From the NCBI RefSeq assembly GCF_000150275.1, contig NW_002060954.1:1240001-1304000 (forward strand): 64,000 nt of DNA. The letters run 5' to 3'. How positions within the stretch are numbered: position 1 is the stretch's first letter; every line of letters starts with the position of its first letter. This document shows, piece after piece, positions 36,901 to 50,300 of the stretch. A program made the position numbers and the translations under genes. The notes under the pieces are model-generated. The model had not been told where the DNA came from and did no database searches. It was given only the letters and a program-made list of their open reading frames with translations. This DNA comes from Trichoplax adhaerens (lineage: Eukaryota > Animalia > Placozoa).

Positions 36901-39900
36901 AATTCAATAAAGACCATTTAGTGAACCCAAGAATGATATCACGTAAAGATGAATTATAAAATATGCACAGTTAAAAATTATCCTTGCTCGATAACAGAGA
37001 CAGATAAACTAACAAATTCTAGTTGAAATCACTGGAATAGACCGTGCGATAACTATCCGTAGTTTGATTATCTTTAATAATTATAAATAAATCGATCACC
37101 AGATGTAATTAAAACCGTATAATATTCATTTATGTTAAGAACAGTTTTGATTTTTGACTGAACGGTCATTAAAATGTCTAAGTTTATCCTTGTTGCTTAG
37201 TCGACTGTGGAAGTTCTTTGTAGTGATTACAGTTAAAGTCGTATATGTTGTAGCTGATAGCAAATAAATTGTAATCAAATAATAGGTATGGTATGATTCC
37301 TTTAATTGATGTTTTCAATTCTATTGGACAGTCTATCACTACTTTACGCTAATTGCTACTCGTCTTGCTTTTTAAAGATTTGATAACGAAGAAAATAACT
37401 TATTACAATTATGTCTAGGCATATCGGTATCGCTATGTTTGTACGGCAAATGCAGACCTTATGCTGCGTATCGATAAATCATTAAATCCGCCGACGATAG
37501 GTAAAAATAAACGCATCGTTTTAGTCATCTATAAATGCTGATCTCACGTACTGTAACGATTTCAGCTAATTGTAGTAATACAGTAGGTGACTAATAGAAT
37601 GAGACAGCGCACTTGCACTGTTTTTAGTGTAAGGCTGTTATCCTCCAGTTAAGGCCGTATCTGATAGCCAAATATATATATGCAATAATAGCAGCAGACT
37701 ATTACTCAGTCTTTACACGTAATAATAACAATCTATTTCGGCTTAAATGCATCACACACGATAAAGTTATCATGATGAGGTGAAAATATATTCAACCGAA
37801 TTTCAGTATTTCCAATTTCATGAAGGACTGGCACCATACCTTTACATTTATATCCGTATATAACAAGTATTGCTAGATATTATTTTATCTTTGTACGAAA
37901 TCTCTACAGACCGAAATTTGTCTTTAACTCCTTGATTTATTTTTAATTAAATGTAGAATTTAGGCTTGCGCCCTATATCGGTGTGATATAAGCTACTAAG
38001 AAAAACTTGATAGGTGGATATCGTAATTTTTAATATTATCCTGGGTTTTAATTCTATTTCGTTACGAAAGCATTGGTTGAGACTCTTGACAATTAAAATG
38101 TAGAAAAAATATTTTTCAAACAGGGTATCGGATGAAAAAATGACTTATTTTATTACTAAGTTGCGCTTTTTAATTAATAATTTTATCACACTGTATTTAC
38201 CTAGTTAAGATCTCGATAAGTGATATATCTAATATAATCTAGGCATTTTCTCAGATGTAATGATACCGTGCAATGGTTATGCACAAAAGTCGAAAAGTTG
38301 ATAATTAAGGTAATGTGATTCTAGCATGTCAAAATACGTTTTGTCATTATATGGAGGATAATACAATATCTGTTAGCGAATATAAGATTGGTAATAATTA
38401 TATTTGCCAGATCGAAAGACATCAACATCGTTATCATGTCAAATCTGTACTAGAAATCTTATTGGCACCCTACTGTCACATTAAAGGAAAGTACTCATAT
38501 TTTTCACTTAACAAATACACAGCCATCTTTAATACATTCAATGACGGCAGAAAAAGTACAGTAAGTCTTCTGTATTTTAAAAGTCTTAGCACAGTGAACA
38601 TTCATTTGAGTTAATAAAACTATGATCAAGGTAGCTATAGTTAAAGTTTCTAACAACTTCTATGTATTATTGCAGATGGCGTAAAAACTATTAGGTAATT
38701 TATATTTGCTACTACTATATTAAGCCTTTATACTAATAAAGTAACATCTTCGCTACATAGTAAATACTGCATCATGCAATAAATTATTTAGATAGTGACA
38801 TATAGTCCAAGTACAGTAGATATCATCGTACACAAATAGGAAACAGAAGATATGATATCAAATTAAAAACGGTTACTTGTCAAAGAAAAATAGCAACAGA
38901 TTGGGCCGAAGTATTTCATAAAAAAATAAGAATACTTAATGTAGTGCGAGCATCTTTATGTTTAGTAATACCACAAAAGTTTAGTGATAACGTCAATAAT
39001 GAAGTTGTAATTGTAAAACTATGCGTTTCGGATAAAGGTATATGATTTAGTTAGACGCTTAATTTAGAAGAAAGCTCTAAGATTAATTCTTGCTCCTATT
39101 ATTAGCTTTGTGTTATTTACGTTCTCTAAAGCACTTACACTTGCGCTTAGAGCAATGTATATTTAGGCAAGAAGATGATGAAAGCTAGCTTTGTTAACTA
39201 ATTTCAAAATCACATGGATAAGTTACAGTGACTGTACGAAATCAAACGCTAATAAACAAATTTCAAAGGTATACTCTGTAAGCGGACAGCTTTAACTATA
39301 AAGAGATTCTAGTTTTTAATTCCAGAGAAGACTCGTATCTGTGTTTAACTTCAGTTGGAAGCAGTACCTATATTTTTTAGCGTATATAATTTAGCTAACA
39401 GCTCAATACGTTACAAAATGCCACTATTTATTCCTAGAAGAAGCTATAGCATTATGTACTTAAGGGTAAAAACTCTACTTAATTAGATTTTGTCATAGAG
39501 GTGTATACTTTATCCTGACAGATTTAAGAATAAAAAGAATAAGAATAAGAATCTTTATCCCGACAGATTTAAGAATCTCCACTATTTCATTCACATTCAG
39601 CAAAAATTGTATGCAGAAGAACGATTTGTAATATGTAATAAATTATTATTTAAAAATACCAGTAGCTCTGCCGTGTAGCGCATAATAATACAGATTTCTC
39701 ATAGTTTTCATAAAATTCAGATCATTTCAAATTTTCAAGTATCTTGTATGAAGACATTTTATGCTTTTCTTGACAATATTATAGTTCTATAACGGCTATT
39801 TATAATTAACGGCGCATTTCTATCATACCTATTGCCTTATGCACTGCGATTTAGATCACTTGATGTTCAATTACAATATATATATACCTATGTGTAACCT

Positions 39901-42900
39901 ATATATATATTATAGAATTGAATAAATTATATGTGATAGATCATTATTAAGTGTTGAACAGTTGGAAATCAGGAATAGTACATGAGTTCTGTAAATGTAT
40001 TTGCATTCTCATATTGTACCAGGACTCTGTCTACCCGGTAAAATTCATGTCTAAAGTAGTTGTCATTTATAACCGTTTTATTTCATATCACTAGGTATGA
40101 AGAACCTAATGTAGTGTTGACCATTCATACGTTCAATCATCACCGATTACATACGTGAAGTGAAATCACGTAATATCCAAATATAAGAAAGGATTGCCTA
40201 ATCAATAACAGCATATTATATACTAATTTTTGGGCATAGCATCGATAATTTGCAAGGCTGTTATTTTTAAGATCTACGGCAATTCCATACCATGATGTCA
40301 ATGTAAATCCGTGCCATTTTATAGTCATTTGACTTTAGATATTAGTATATCAATAAAAAAATTACACGTATCCAGAACCCAACATTGCACAAGGATATTT
40401 CATATACCAGTAATTCAACTCAACCTCACATAAGTTCAGGTCCGAATATTATATACTTAAACAATGATTTAGAATCATACATGCCACTAATAGGTATATA
40501 AAGCATAATTTGCGTACGAATAGATATCAACTTACGACCCAATTTTAAGCAAAATGATAAGTTTTACGTTGCACCGCTACCCAACGACAGCGCATTCATT
40601 GCGTCATACTGTTCATATGTTTTCTTTTAAAATTCTGTCTCTACAATTATTACAGCTACTGTTCGAATGAAATACATTACGTTAAACTGCTTTTTTGTTT
40701 GTAAATGACAAATTCGACATCGATAATTAACGTATAATCTTTCGAAAGCAATAAAAGATGAGTAATAAATATTCAACTTTCGTAATATTTACTGTAATAT
40801 AGCTGGCATGTTAGGAAATATGTCTCGCAGTAATGATGTTACAAATAGACTACTAACCGAAAATTTACCAAAACTTTGTAGGCTAATTAATATCCCAGAA
40901 TGATAGGTTAAAATTGTTCGTGGATTATACTCATAATTTATGCCATTGACTTAAATATTAGACACTATTTAAATAATCAGAAAGTATCCAAAATAGGCTA
41001 GAAAATTTGAAGGGAAATTATTATGCTTTATGTTTGGCAGTAATATCGTATTCCAAAAGTAGAGACAGAAACGTATTAAAATGAGTCTGTAATATAGCTC
41101 CAGCCTTAAATTAAATCATCACGGTTAATCTAACGACTATTAGATTATTTACAAATAGTAACCATAGAATTGGATGTGACAGAGACTATGTAAATTGCCT
41201 CATTAAATACTGTATTCAAGGTCTTATTCATACCAACTAAAATAACTCATTAAGTGCGTATTTTCTGATAAAGATGATGTCAACATTTGAAGCTAGACTC
41301 GATTTTAAAACAGTATATAAGTCAGGGTCTGAGTTTTTATTCCAGCAATGCTACTAAATAATTAATCTATCATTAGGTTTAATTATCCCAACTGGCTATT
41401 GATATAAATATTAGCCTAATACTAATATTAATCCAATTATTCTAATTACAATAATACAGTGGCATAGAGCTCTAACTAGAAATTGTATTACTAATAATAA
41501 TAATTATTGCTGTAGACAGGTAGGCTGATTTTTAATAATACCCTCTGTCAAACTAACTATATTTGTTCATAAATGCTAGACTAGGTATGACCAAAGCTCA
41601 TTTCATTGGGTTGGGCTGTATTCCTTCTTTGCAAAGCGAAAAAAGCTGTCACGGTCTAGCAATTTTATTCTTCATAATGTGGTAATAAATCACACGAAAG
41701 AAATTAATTAATAAATAAGAAATATACAACATAAAATTTCGATTAATTCGTCAAATTTTAATATTTTCCATTGGTCGTCTATATTATATGACTGTAAAGT
41801 ATTTCAAGGGAATCTATGAAAAAAGAAATTACTATACTGTAGCTAAAGACTTTAGAATGGAAATAATAATTCATTCATAACTACTCTATCACTAGCTACG
41901 ATGATATAAGAACACAAATAAAGTGGCTAATATGAGTAACTACGATGGCATCCGTGAATTTTCTAATTGCATTGTATCAAGCCATCAACACTCTATCTAA
42001 ATTCAGCTCGATCTTAACATGAATTGCATTCTGCCATTACAGTTAGCACTTTTATGCAATCAAACACAGTAGTAATCAAATCTAAATATCCGCCTCATAA
42101 ATAATATTTCAACACTAAGTCTAATTCCAAAAGCATCCTATAGATATAGTGGAACTTTATAGTCAACATGTCCTTCAGGTATTTATTTATTGATAAAACA
42201 AAAAAAGATTCTCTTCTTTCTAAGTTGTTATGAAAAGAACTCATTTCCTCTATGTCTCATAGATGTTATCACTTTAAATAGCAAGTTGCATTCAAGTTTT
42301 TATCTTTAATAATAATGCAAGGATATTAAAGATTGAAGGCTCTTCAAGTTTTGTAAGCCACGTTAACTAGAAGAATAGACTGGCTCATTGTTGCTACTTT
42401 TTGTCTTTTTCAAATGATGTGAATAAGATCTAATATCAATTCAATGTGCAAGATTTTTTACCTTCCTATTCAAACTTTTATCCAATGTCGTGATCATATT
42501 AGCAGAAAATTGATTAACTATTAAAATTAATCCATTTGATCAGTCACCTATTTTGATGGCTACCTTATTTCATCATGCCTAATTAAATGACTACAGTACT
42601 CCTGATATTATTATATCGATATTTTTTATTTACTTGCCCTGATAAAAAATATTCTAATATATGTGCTATATAATTGGAATGAGGCATAGCGGTACGATGA
42701 ATATAGTTTCTGTTTGAATAACTTAGAGAGAAATTATTGAAGATCATTTGACCAGTAGACTAAAAATTTTTAAATTAACCCATTAGTAGCATTAACGGAT
42801 GTTATTTAATGTATCTGGAATACGCTTTCAGTATTAAAATAAATGAGATAAATCTGAATTGAGCGATGATTAATGCCCTCGTAGGTTATATAATTTGCGA

Positions 42901-44378
42901 TCTGGCTTTTATTATCTGATAAAATATTACCCTAATATCCCACAGATACTAATAAATCCCTGGATTATGTAGAAATACTGTATAAAAATCTAGTTAAGAA
43001 TTATTCAATTCTATACATTAAATTTACATCTACGAGGGCATCTAAAGTAAAAAGGAAGTTTAACTTCAGTAAAAACTAAAATGATCTGAAAGAAAGAAGC
43101 TTTCACCAAAATCAAAAGATTACCGTTACGTAGGTGTTATTAATTTCTTAGGGATGAAATTCACTCATTAAATTAGTAGTAGAGTTCTATTCATTAAAGT
43201 AGCAATTTTTGTAATCATGTTTAGAATCTTTTTCGCTGATATTTGTAGTCTAATAATAATAATATTAAACACATACCAGTCAAGAAAACGATTGAAATAG
43301 TCATAGTGGTTACTGGATTCTATCAACTGACTTATGTTCATCACAAGTGAAAATATGAGACCCTTTTTTATTAGAAGATAGGATCATAATAATTACAATA
43401 AACAAAAAGTTCTATAAAATTTGGAGTACCATACATCCATCTATATACCTATACTGCAATAGGCCCCCAAAATATAATAATAATAATTGATTGATGAAGA
43501 GTATCTATTGATAACAAACTCTTTGAAAGAAAAATAAAATATAAAGGCAATTATTAATAAGAAGAAGTAGTATTAATAATCTAAGCACATTCAAGCAATG
43601 CGGAATGATCAAATTATCGATCTTTTTTTTTAAATTCATTTCTTGCCCGACTGGGAATAGGTGTAGAATTATGTTGGTCTAACCGTCAAGTATTAAAGAA
43701 AAGCTTGATATCTACAGTTGCTTTCAACTCACTTTCAACAACTCCAAAATTTCACTATATACCCGATATAGCACTGGAAATCAGCTATAATAAATTATTG
43801 TATGCAAAGCTATTAACTTAAGGTTTATATTATGTTATCTGCTATATGTATTATAAACTGTAATTTTGATGAAGCTATAAATATTTAAGCTCCATTAGTT
43901 ATTTATAGTTTTATCTTCTGAATTTAAAATATTTGGGAGATAACGAAAAAAATACCCTTCCCTATTTACGACGATTAATTGTGTCGTATATCTGAAAAAA
44001 CAACAAAACCTGTACAAAAATTAAATCAGTGTATAATTGAGTTTCTTACCTATAAAGCATTTCCATCTCTCGCTTTCTAGATTGAAGATCCATTGAAGCT
44101 GACGTCATAGAAGTTAAATTTTGCGACGAATGCGATGATGGATGATGAAATGATGATTGTAATGATAAAGTAAAATTTTGACTGGCATTACGATTGGAAG
44201 GTAAAATAGGCGTTAAATTAGTTTGAAATGATTGTTGTGATGTCGAATCTTGTTGTGCTAATGATTGATGATGTGATGATGGTGAAGGCGGTGGAAATCG
44301 ATGTAATGATGTTGTAATAGCTTGTGGCATAGCTAGTGTATTATACTGAGATTGATGATTGCGATGATCGTATGACAT
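15905..44378 (-). CDS. Meis: Meis/homothorax TALE-class homeobox transcription factor, 9 coding exons, ~518 aa
   Basis: Exons 44378-44050, 36363-36222, 31433-31383, 29076-29026, 21200-21039, 18814-18730, 17812-17694, 17426-17350, 16445-15905, all GT-AG and frame-consistent. MEINOX domain: [80 protein letters not shown]. Homeodomain: [68 protein letters not shown] and IVQPMID indicate Meis rather than PKNOX/Prep. Exon 6 (18814-18730) rests on phase and splice signals only. Confidence 0.95.
39508..39576. repeat. 24-bp direct repeat separated by short AAGAAT units, in Meis intron 1
   Basis: ctttatcctgacagatttaagaat ... ctttatcccgacagatttaagaat. Confidence 0.8.
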
Positions 44379-47300
44379 CTCTGAATTATGAATGATTGTG
44401 TTTACTGCTGTAATAAATAACTGATGGCAGAGGAATTATCCAATATATAGCTAGATAACAAAATAATTAACGGGATAAAATATTGGATGAACGTATGAAA
44501 ATTTTTTCCAATGTCTTGTTTTCTTTCTAGAAATTACTGCCAATTAATCTATAAGTTTTAAAAATAGACATGAATATATATATACTTATTAATGTAGATA
44601 TATAATTATATGAACATAGGCATAAAAAAGAGGAAGATGCTATTTCAAATTCAAGTTAATCGTCGACTATGGTCTAAATAAGCACAAACTGTGACATGTT
44701 TGATTTAAAATTATAACAATAAAATATAATAATATGATAGGAATTACAGTTGAAAGTTGGATATTAAACTAATGTCATGATGTAACTCTTTAATGATCTA
44801 ATCTTGGTATGCAGGGATAAGTATATTGTTTTTATCCTGACGTATGTTATTAATATCATTTGATGTTAAATTTAGTATAAGAATAGCTGATTTTCAATAG
44901 TTATTGTACTGAATGGTTAGAAGATTGATTTTCACTATCACTGCCAATGGAAAATTAACCAATAACCTCCTTTAACACATGATAATAGATAAATAATTGC
45001 GCTGTTAGTTCCACTTCATGATAAGAAATTTTCCTCTTAAACTTATTCGTGACTCTATTAACAGAGACGGTTATGATCAAGCTTAGATACCCTACCATCA
45101 TTATTACTGGTAGTACGCTTAAGTTTGTATGTTCAAGAACTAAATGTAATCAAAATTGTTTTGATTCTAAGTACATAGAACTAAATCTGATTCTTGTTTT
45201 GGACATCATATCTATAAAATGTGGCCAAAATATTTATTTCTATAACTTAATGCGTTGATCAGAGAAAAAAGTTGTGACAATACCGTTAAGTTCGCAAGTT
45301 AAAAGAATTCGTAAATACGAACATAATTCCGCACCATGCCCTCAGAAGTTATTTCGAACCTCATTTCAGGCATTGTTTCCGTAGAATGTAATCCAAATAT
45401 TTATTTATATACAGCAATTTAATTCATGATCTGTAAATGTAAACCCTTGATAGTGTGCTAAATCCGTAAATATGGAAAGAGTTATCAGTAGAAATGAAAG
45501 TAATTTTATTTCTTTTGAACTAGAATTGGTCTTATTTAGGATCTTTTTCGATAGATTGATATAATTACTTTATTATGCAGCTTAATCCGATGTCATAGAA
45601 TAAAAGCTGCCGTCATCACTTATTTACTATTAAAAATGAATCTCAGAGAAACATGCTATCATCGACTTCTTTTAAATTTCAAGCCAAATGAAAAAGTAGA
45701 AAACGCGAATAAAAACTCTGCAAAGATTATTATTCGTGCAGATTATATGTTTGATGCTATAAGTATAGAATGTTACTCCAAAACTAATTTTTAAATCTGT
45801 TTTTATTTATTTGAAACTTTAATTTAAATGAAAAATGCATTCGAATACTATCTGCGGTAGAGATAATGCTAAAATAATCCCCTAATCCATTTAAACTTAC
45901 TTAAAAGTATGGAACTTGGCACGATTGTTTATTAAATATAAATCCTCTATTATATCTTATTTTGAAGAACAGTGATAAAGATCCATACCTAGACTAATAT
46001 TCACAAAACGATGAGATAGCCCAATAGTAATGCTTCTCGAAGTATCCTGTATGGTTATCAAATTAAATTACAGAAAGCTATTGACTCTGCCATTTATTGC
46101 CTAAATATCAGAAAAATCTGTCTACTCCATTAATCGGATGTAGTTTCGCTCTGGATGGATGCGTATTTTATATTTTATCGCGGATGACAGATTATGATGT
46201 TTTAGCTAATTTTCCAGATATAAAAAGGTCTTATCAATATAGGCCAATACTGTAGTCTTTCTAAATCATATTCGGCTAGAAAAACACGAGAACCTCATGC
46301 GTTAGATAATACCCTTACATCTACCCAATTCGACTAATTTAAAGAATCATAAATTTATGTAAAGAATGCGGGCTACAACATACTCTTTAAAATAAAGAAC
46401 GATGAAAATCATTCGATGAGCCCTTTCTTAGCTTTCATATTTAGATAGCCTACATTTTACCACATTAATATCAATGGGCAATTTCAATTTATACTAATAG
46501 GTAAAGCATGATCCAATACATTGGAATATTCTGAGAGCTTGTTTAAAATTATCATTATCCTGTTGATCTAAGTAAATACTAATATACTGTAGTACTGTAT
46601 ATTTAAAGAGTTGCTATCGTTTTCTCCACATTTTTACTTATTCCTATCCAAATTAATATTTCTTATAGTTGTTAGCACATGATATAGTAAATAGAAAAAT
46701 TTCACATCCATATAGATGTATATATACACGTCGTATTTTGAAATAATAACTCATCGTGAGTAATACTAGATTAAAATAGTAGCATTCTCATTAAATATGA
46801 AGTCATTTAACAGCTCTAAGCCCATCACCTTACTGACTTAAACTGCAATTATAAAATGCAATTTGGCTAATGTCCATATAACATACCAGTATTTGAACTT
46901 TGGTCTTTGGTTTTAACGTCATCCATAATTAAATTATTATTAATGAACTAGTATTTTTAACGGCTAAAGGCTAGCAGTAAGCTTAATAGCTAAATGAAAA
47001 TACTCTGTGACTTAAACTGCATAACTACTAAATCCTGCTTTAGATATTCGGTAAAGATGTATTAAGATTCTATATGGCAAATGTGCTACATAACTATTTA
47101 GGTACGTACAGAATTTGAAGATAATGTATTAGATCTATTGTTTGAAAGCATTAAAAAAATTATTGCAGATTTCATCTGCAATCCTTTACCAAATAATTTT
47201 CAGCGATAGTGAGGCAATATACGGGTATGTAGTATTAAGAATGGATGCTACTAAAATTGCGTAACTTCTACAATGACAGATCATATTAACCAATTCTTTA

Positions 47301-50300
47301 TGTGGAAAAAATGCATTTTAGCTACGAGAGTGATAATTTAAGCAACTGACCGTGAGAACTGATCATCTTGGCTGATCAGAACCGGAAAGGGACGCATTTA
47401 TAAGAGTGATTTATCAAAAAAAGATTTATTAAACACAGACTGATAGATTAATAATCCGTATTATCTAAGCTTTAAAGGTATAAAATATTTATGCGCCTAC
47501 TTATGCAAAATAAACTACCGAATATTTAACTACAACATCTACACATTAAAAAAAGGAGTGGATCCAGAACTGATAGTTATCATACTGATACTATGAAACG
47601 AAAACCTATCCGGAAGTTCAGTATGCTAGTAATTATATGAAGTGCCGGTCGTCAGATTTTGAAACCCCTAACTTTTACATATCGTACTCCTTTCAAACCA
47701 TTTTTCATGATCGTTACTATTAAATGTTGCACCTCATATCGTATAACTACTTTAACTGCAAAGGATAATTTGCTAAACTGAAGCGATTTCGTAGAGATAT
47801 AAATCGATTAATTGTAAATTATTTCGCTACTAGCCTGTTAGAACGAAAAGGAATAAATATTGTATTGAATTTCGATTTGACATAGACTACATACGTAGAC
47901 AGCAAATATTAAGAATGTAATTTCATATTAAATAGAAACACTCATTGATAATACTCATAGTTTTGATAATAGCCTAATCTTAACCTAGATTAACTGCAAG
48001 GTGTTATTGATGCGTATCAACATAATTTGTTATTCAAGATTTGATTTAAATTAATTGGAGATTATTTTGGCATAGCAATATTTAAATTCACAGCAGATAG
48101 CTCTTTACTAGTATCAATACGAAATTAGTAACTCTTACCAAAAATTACCCTAAAGTTTTGCTCATATGAGATGGACATTAGATTAAGATACTAATTAAAT
48201 GGAAGCGATTATCAGGATTAATCATTTAAAGCATAGCTTTGATTAGTGAATTATACATCGATTGAACGGATAATGAGATCGATCTTTACAATTTTAACGA
48301 TGTAAAAACCCAATGTATGAAGGCGATTATAATTCTTAATTAAAGTTAAAGACTATAAAATGCAAATGATAGAATACCATAGAAATAACCTAATAAATTC
48401 ATTACAATCGCTATAGATAGACTTTTCTTGATCCGTAACTACGAAGATAAGGTTATTGAGACCATAGAAATTATTCAAATAACAAGATCTGAAACCATAT
48501 TGTGTTGTAAAGTAGTTAAAATTGTTTGTAAATTAGTAAAAAGTAAATTATTGATAGTCAAATGGAAATCGATTAAATTCAGTAAAAACGAACCCGGTAA
48601 TGATAGTTTTCGTAGTAGGATATCCAGGTTCTAATTAATACTGGATATAATACTGGTAAAACGATTGTATATGCTACGTAAAATACATTATATTGTAATA
48701 TGGTGTTACTTACAGCGCGAATATAGACATCATTTTTCGAAGTCCATCGTGTTCTCACAAATATAAATAATGTTATCTGATTCTATAATACTGATCTGTC
48801 ACCATTTTCGAAATGTAGTATGATGCATTATGGCAGGTATGTTTATACTGCTCTCTAAAGTCGTATTCTAAACGAGGACTTGATTGCACACCGTAAATGT
48901 ATGAATAATATTGATCTCTATTCATATCTCATTATTTGCTGTTGGATCTACTCAGTATTATTCATATTACTTTTATCATAGTTTGCCTACTAATCTACTG
49001 TAGCTAGCTCACATACCATACAATACTCACTTCTCGATATATTAGAAGCTCTATTTTCTAATAACTTATACGAAATCTAGTCTAATAGTATCCAGATCGC
49101 TATCATGCAAAATCTTAGTGGTAAATTTTAAGCTGTTATAGATAGCAAATAATTTATCATCAATATTATTACGTTTAACGACGCCCAACTTACGTGATCA
49201 TTGATTGTATTTATTACTCAACTATTCCATGAGGTAAATGTTTAATATCTTATTAATCGCGTAAAATTATCAGTTAGGATCAATTTCACTTTAAGTAACG
49301 CTGGGTATTATTAAAGTTCACATTCCCGTATGCTGTGTTTGCGCCAGAAATTAAAAAATTAACTAATATCAATTGTTAAATTCTTTCTTTCTTTATGTAT
49401 AGTAAATATTTATGAAGTCAAATATACACACGAATATATGAAGTGGAAAGAGAAACATAGACATGGAGATTGATATTATTAAATTGTATGGATTATGAAT
49501 CTACTTTTATTCTTAATGGTCTACATGTTAAAAAATGAATTAGAACTGGATTGCTTACTTAGCTCATGATGAAGAAAGAATACCATAAAAAATCAGATTT
49601 AATTAAACGCATTCGTATCTAGTAGGCTTCAAATTTCACAAAGTATATGCTTAGTTTCTTTACAATTACAAATATAATTTGTGAAAAATTTACACATCAA
49701 ACGTTTACATCAATTGTTTGTCACGAAATTTGGTAATGATTTACTATATTAAATACTGGAAATGATTTAATTAGATCACAACATCGATGATAATGCCGAA
49801 CTTTTTTCAATTAATTAATCAACAGTGTCTAGTCTTATTTACGCCTCTCAATATCAAGTGCTTACGATAGATGGATATGTTTACTTGGTTGTTTGTAAAT
49901 ATGTATAGAGGATAGATTGGGATGATGGCCGAGTAATAGAAATTATTATGGAAAGTAAATATTAAGAGCTGTCAAAGTGATATTTTTCAAAATTTTTTCA
50001 ATGGACGATTGACAAAGGAATCTATTAGGTAATGGTCAATAGATTTATTTATGTGTATATCTGTCAATATCGTCTAAATTGCTGATAATTGTCTCTGAAA
50101 ATAAGCATTACCTGTTAAATCAGATCCCCGTCAAATGAATAAATAACTTTAAAAAACTTTCTTTCATCATATTGGTTACCATAGCATTCAAAATGATTCC
50201 ATAGTCAACAGAAAAATAGTTTTCAATTCCTTGTAGTACACATACGTGCATACCTATATACAAGTACTCACGTATATGCGTTTTACACGAATTTTTAGCA

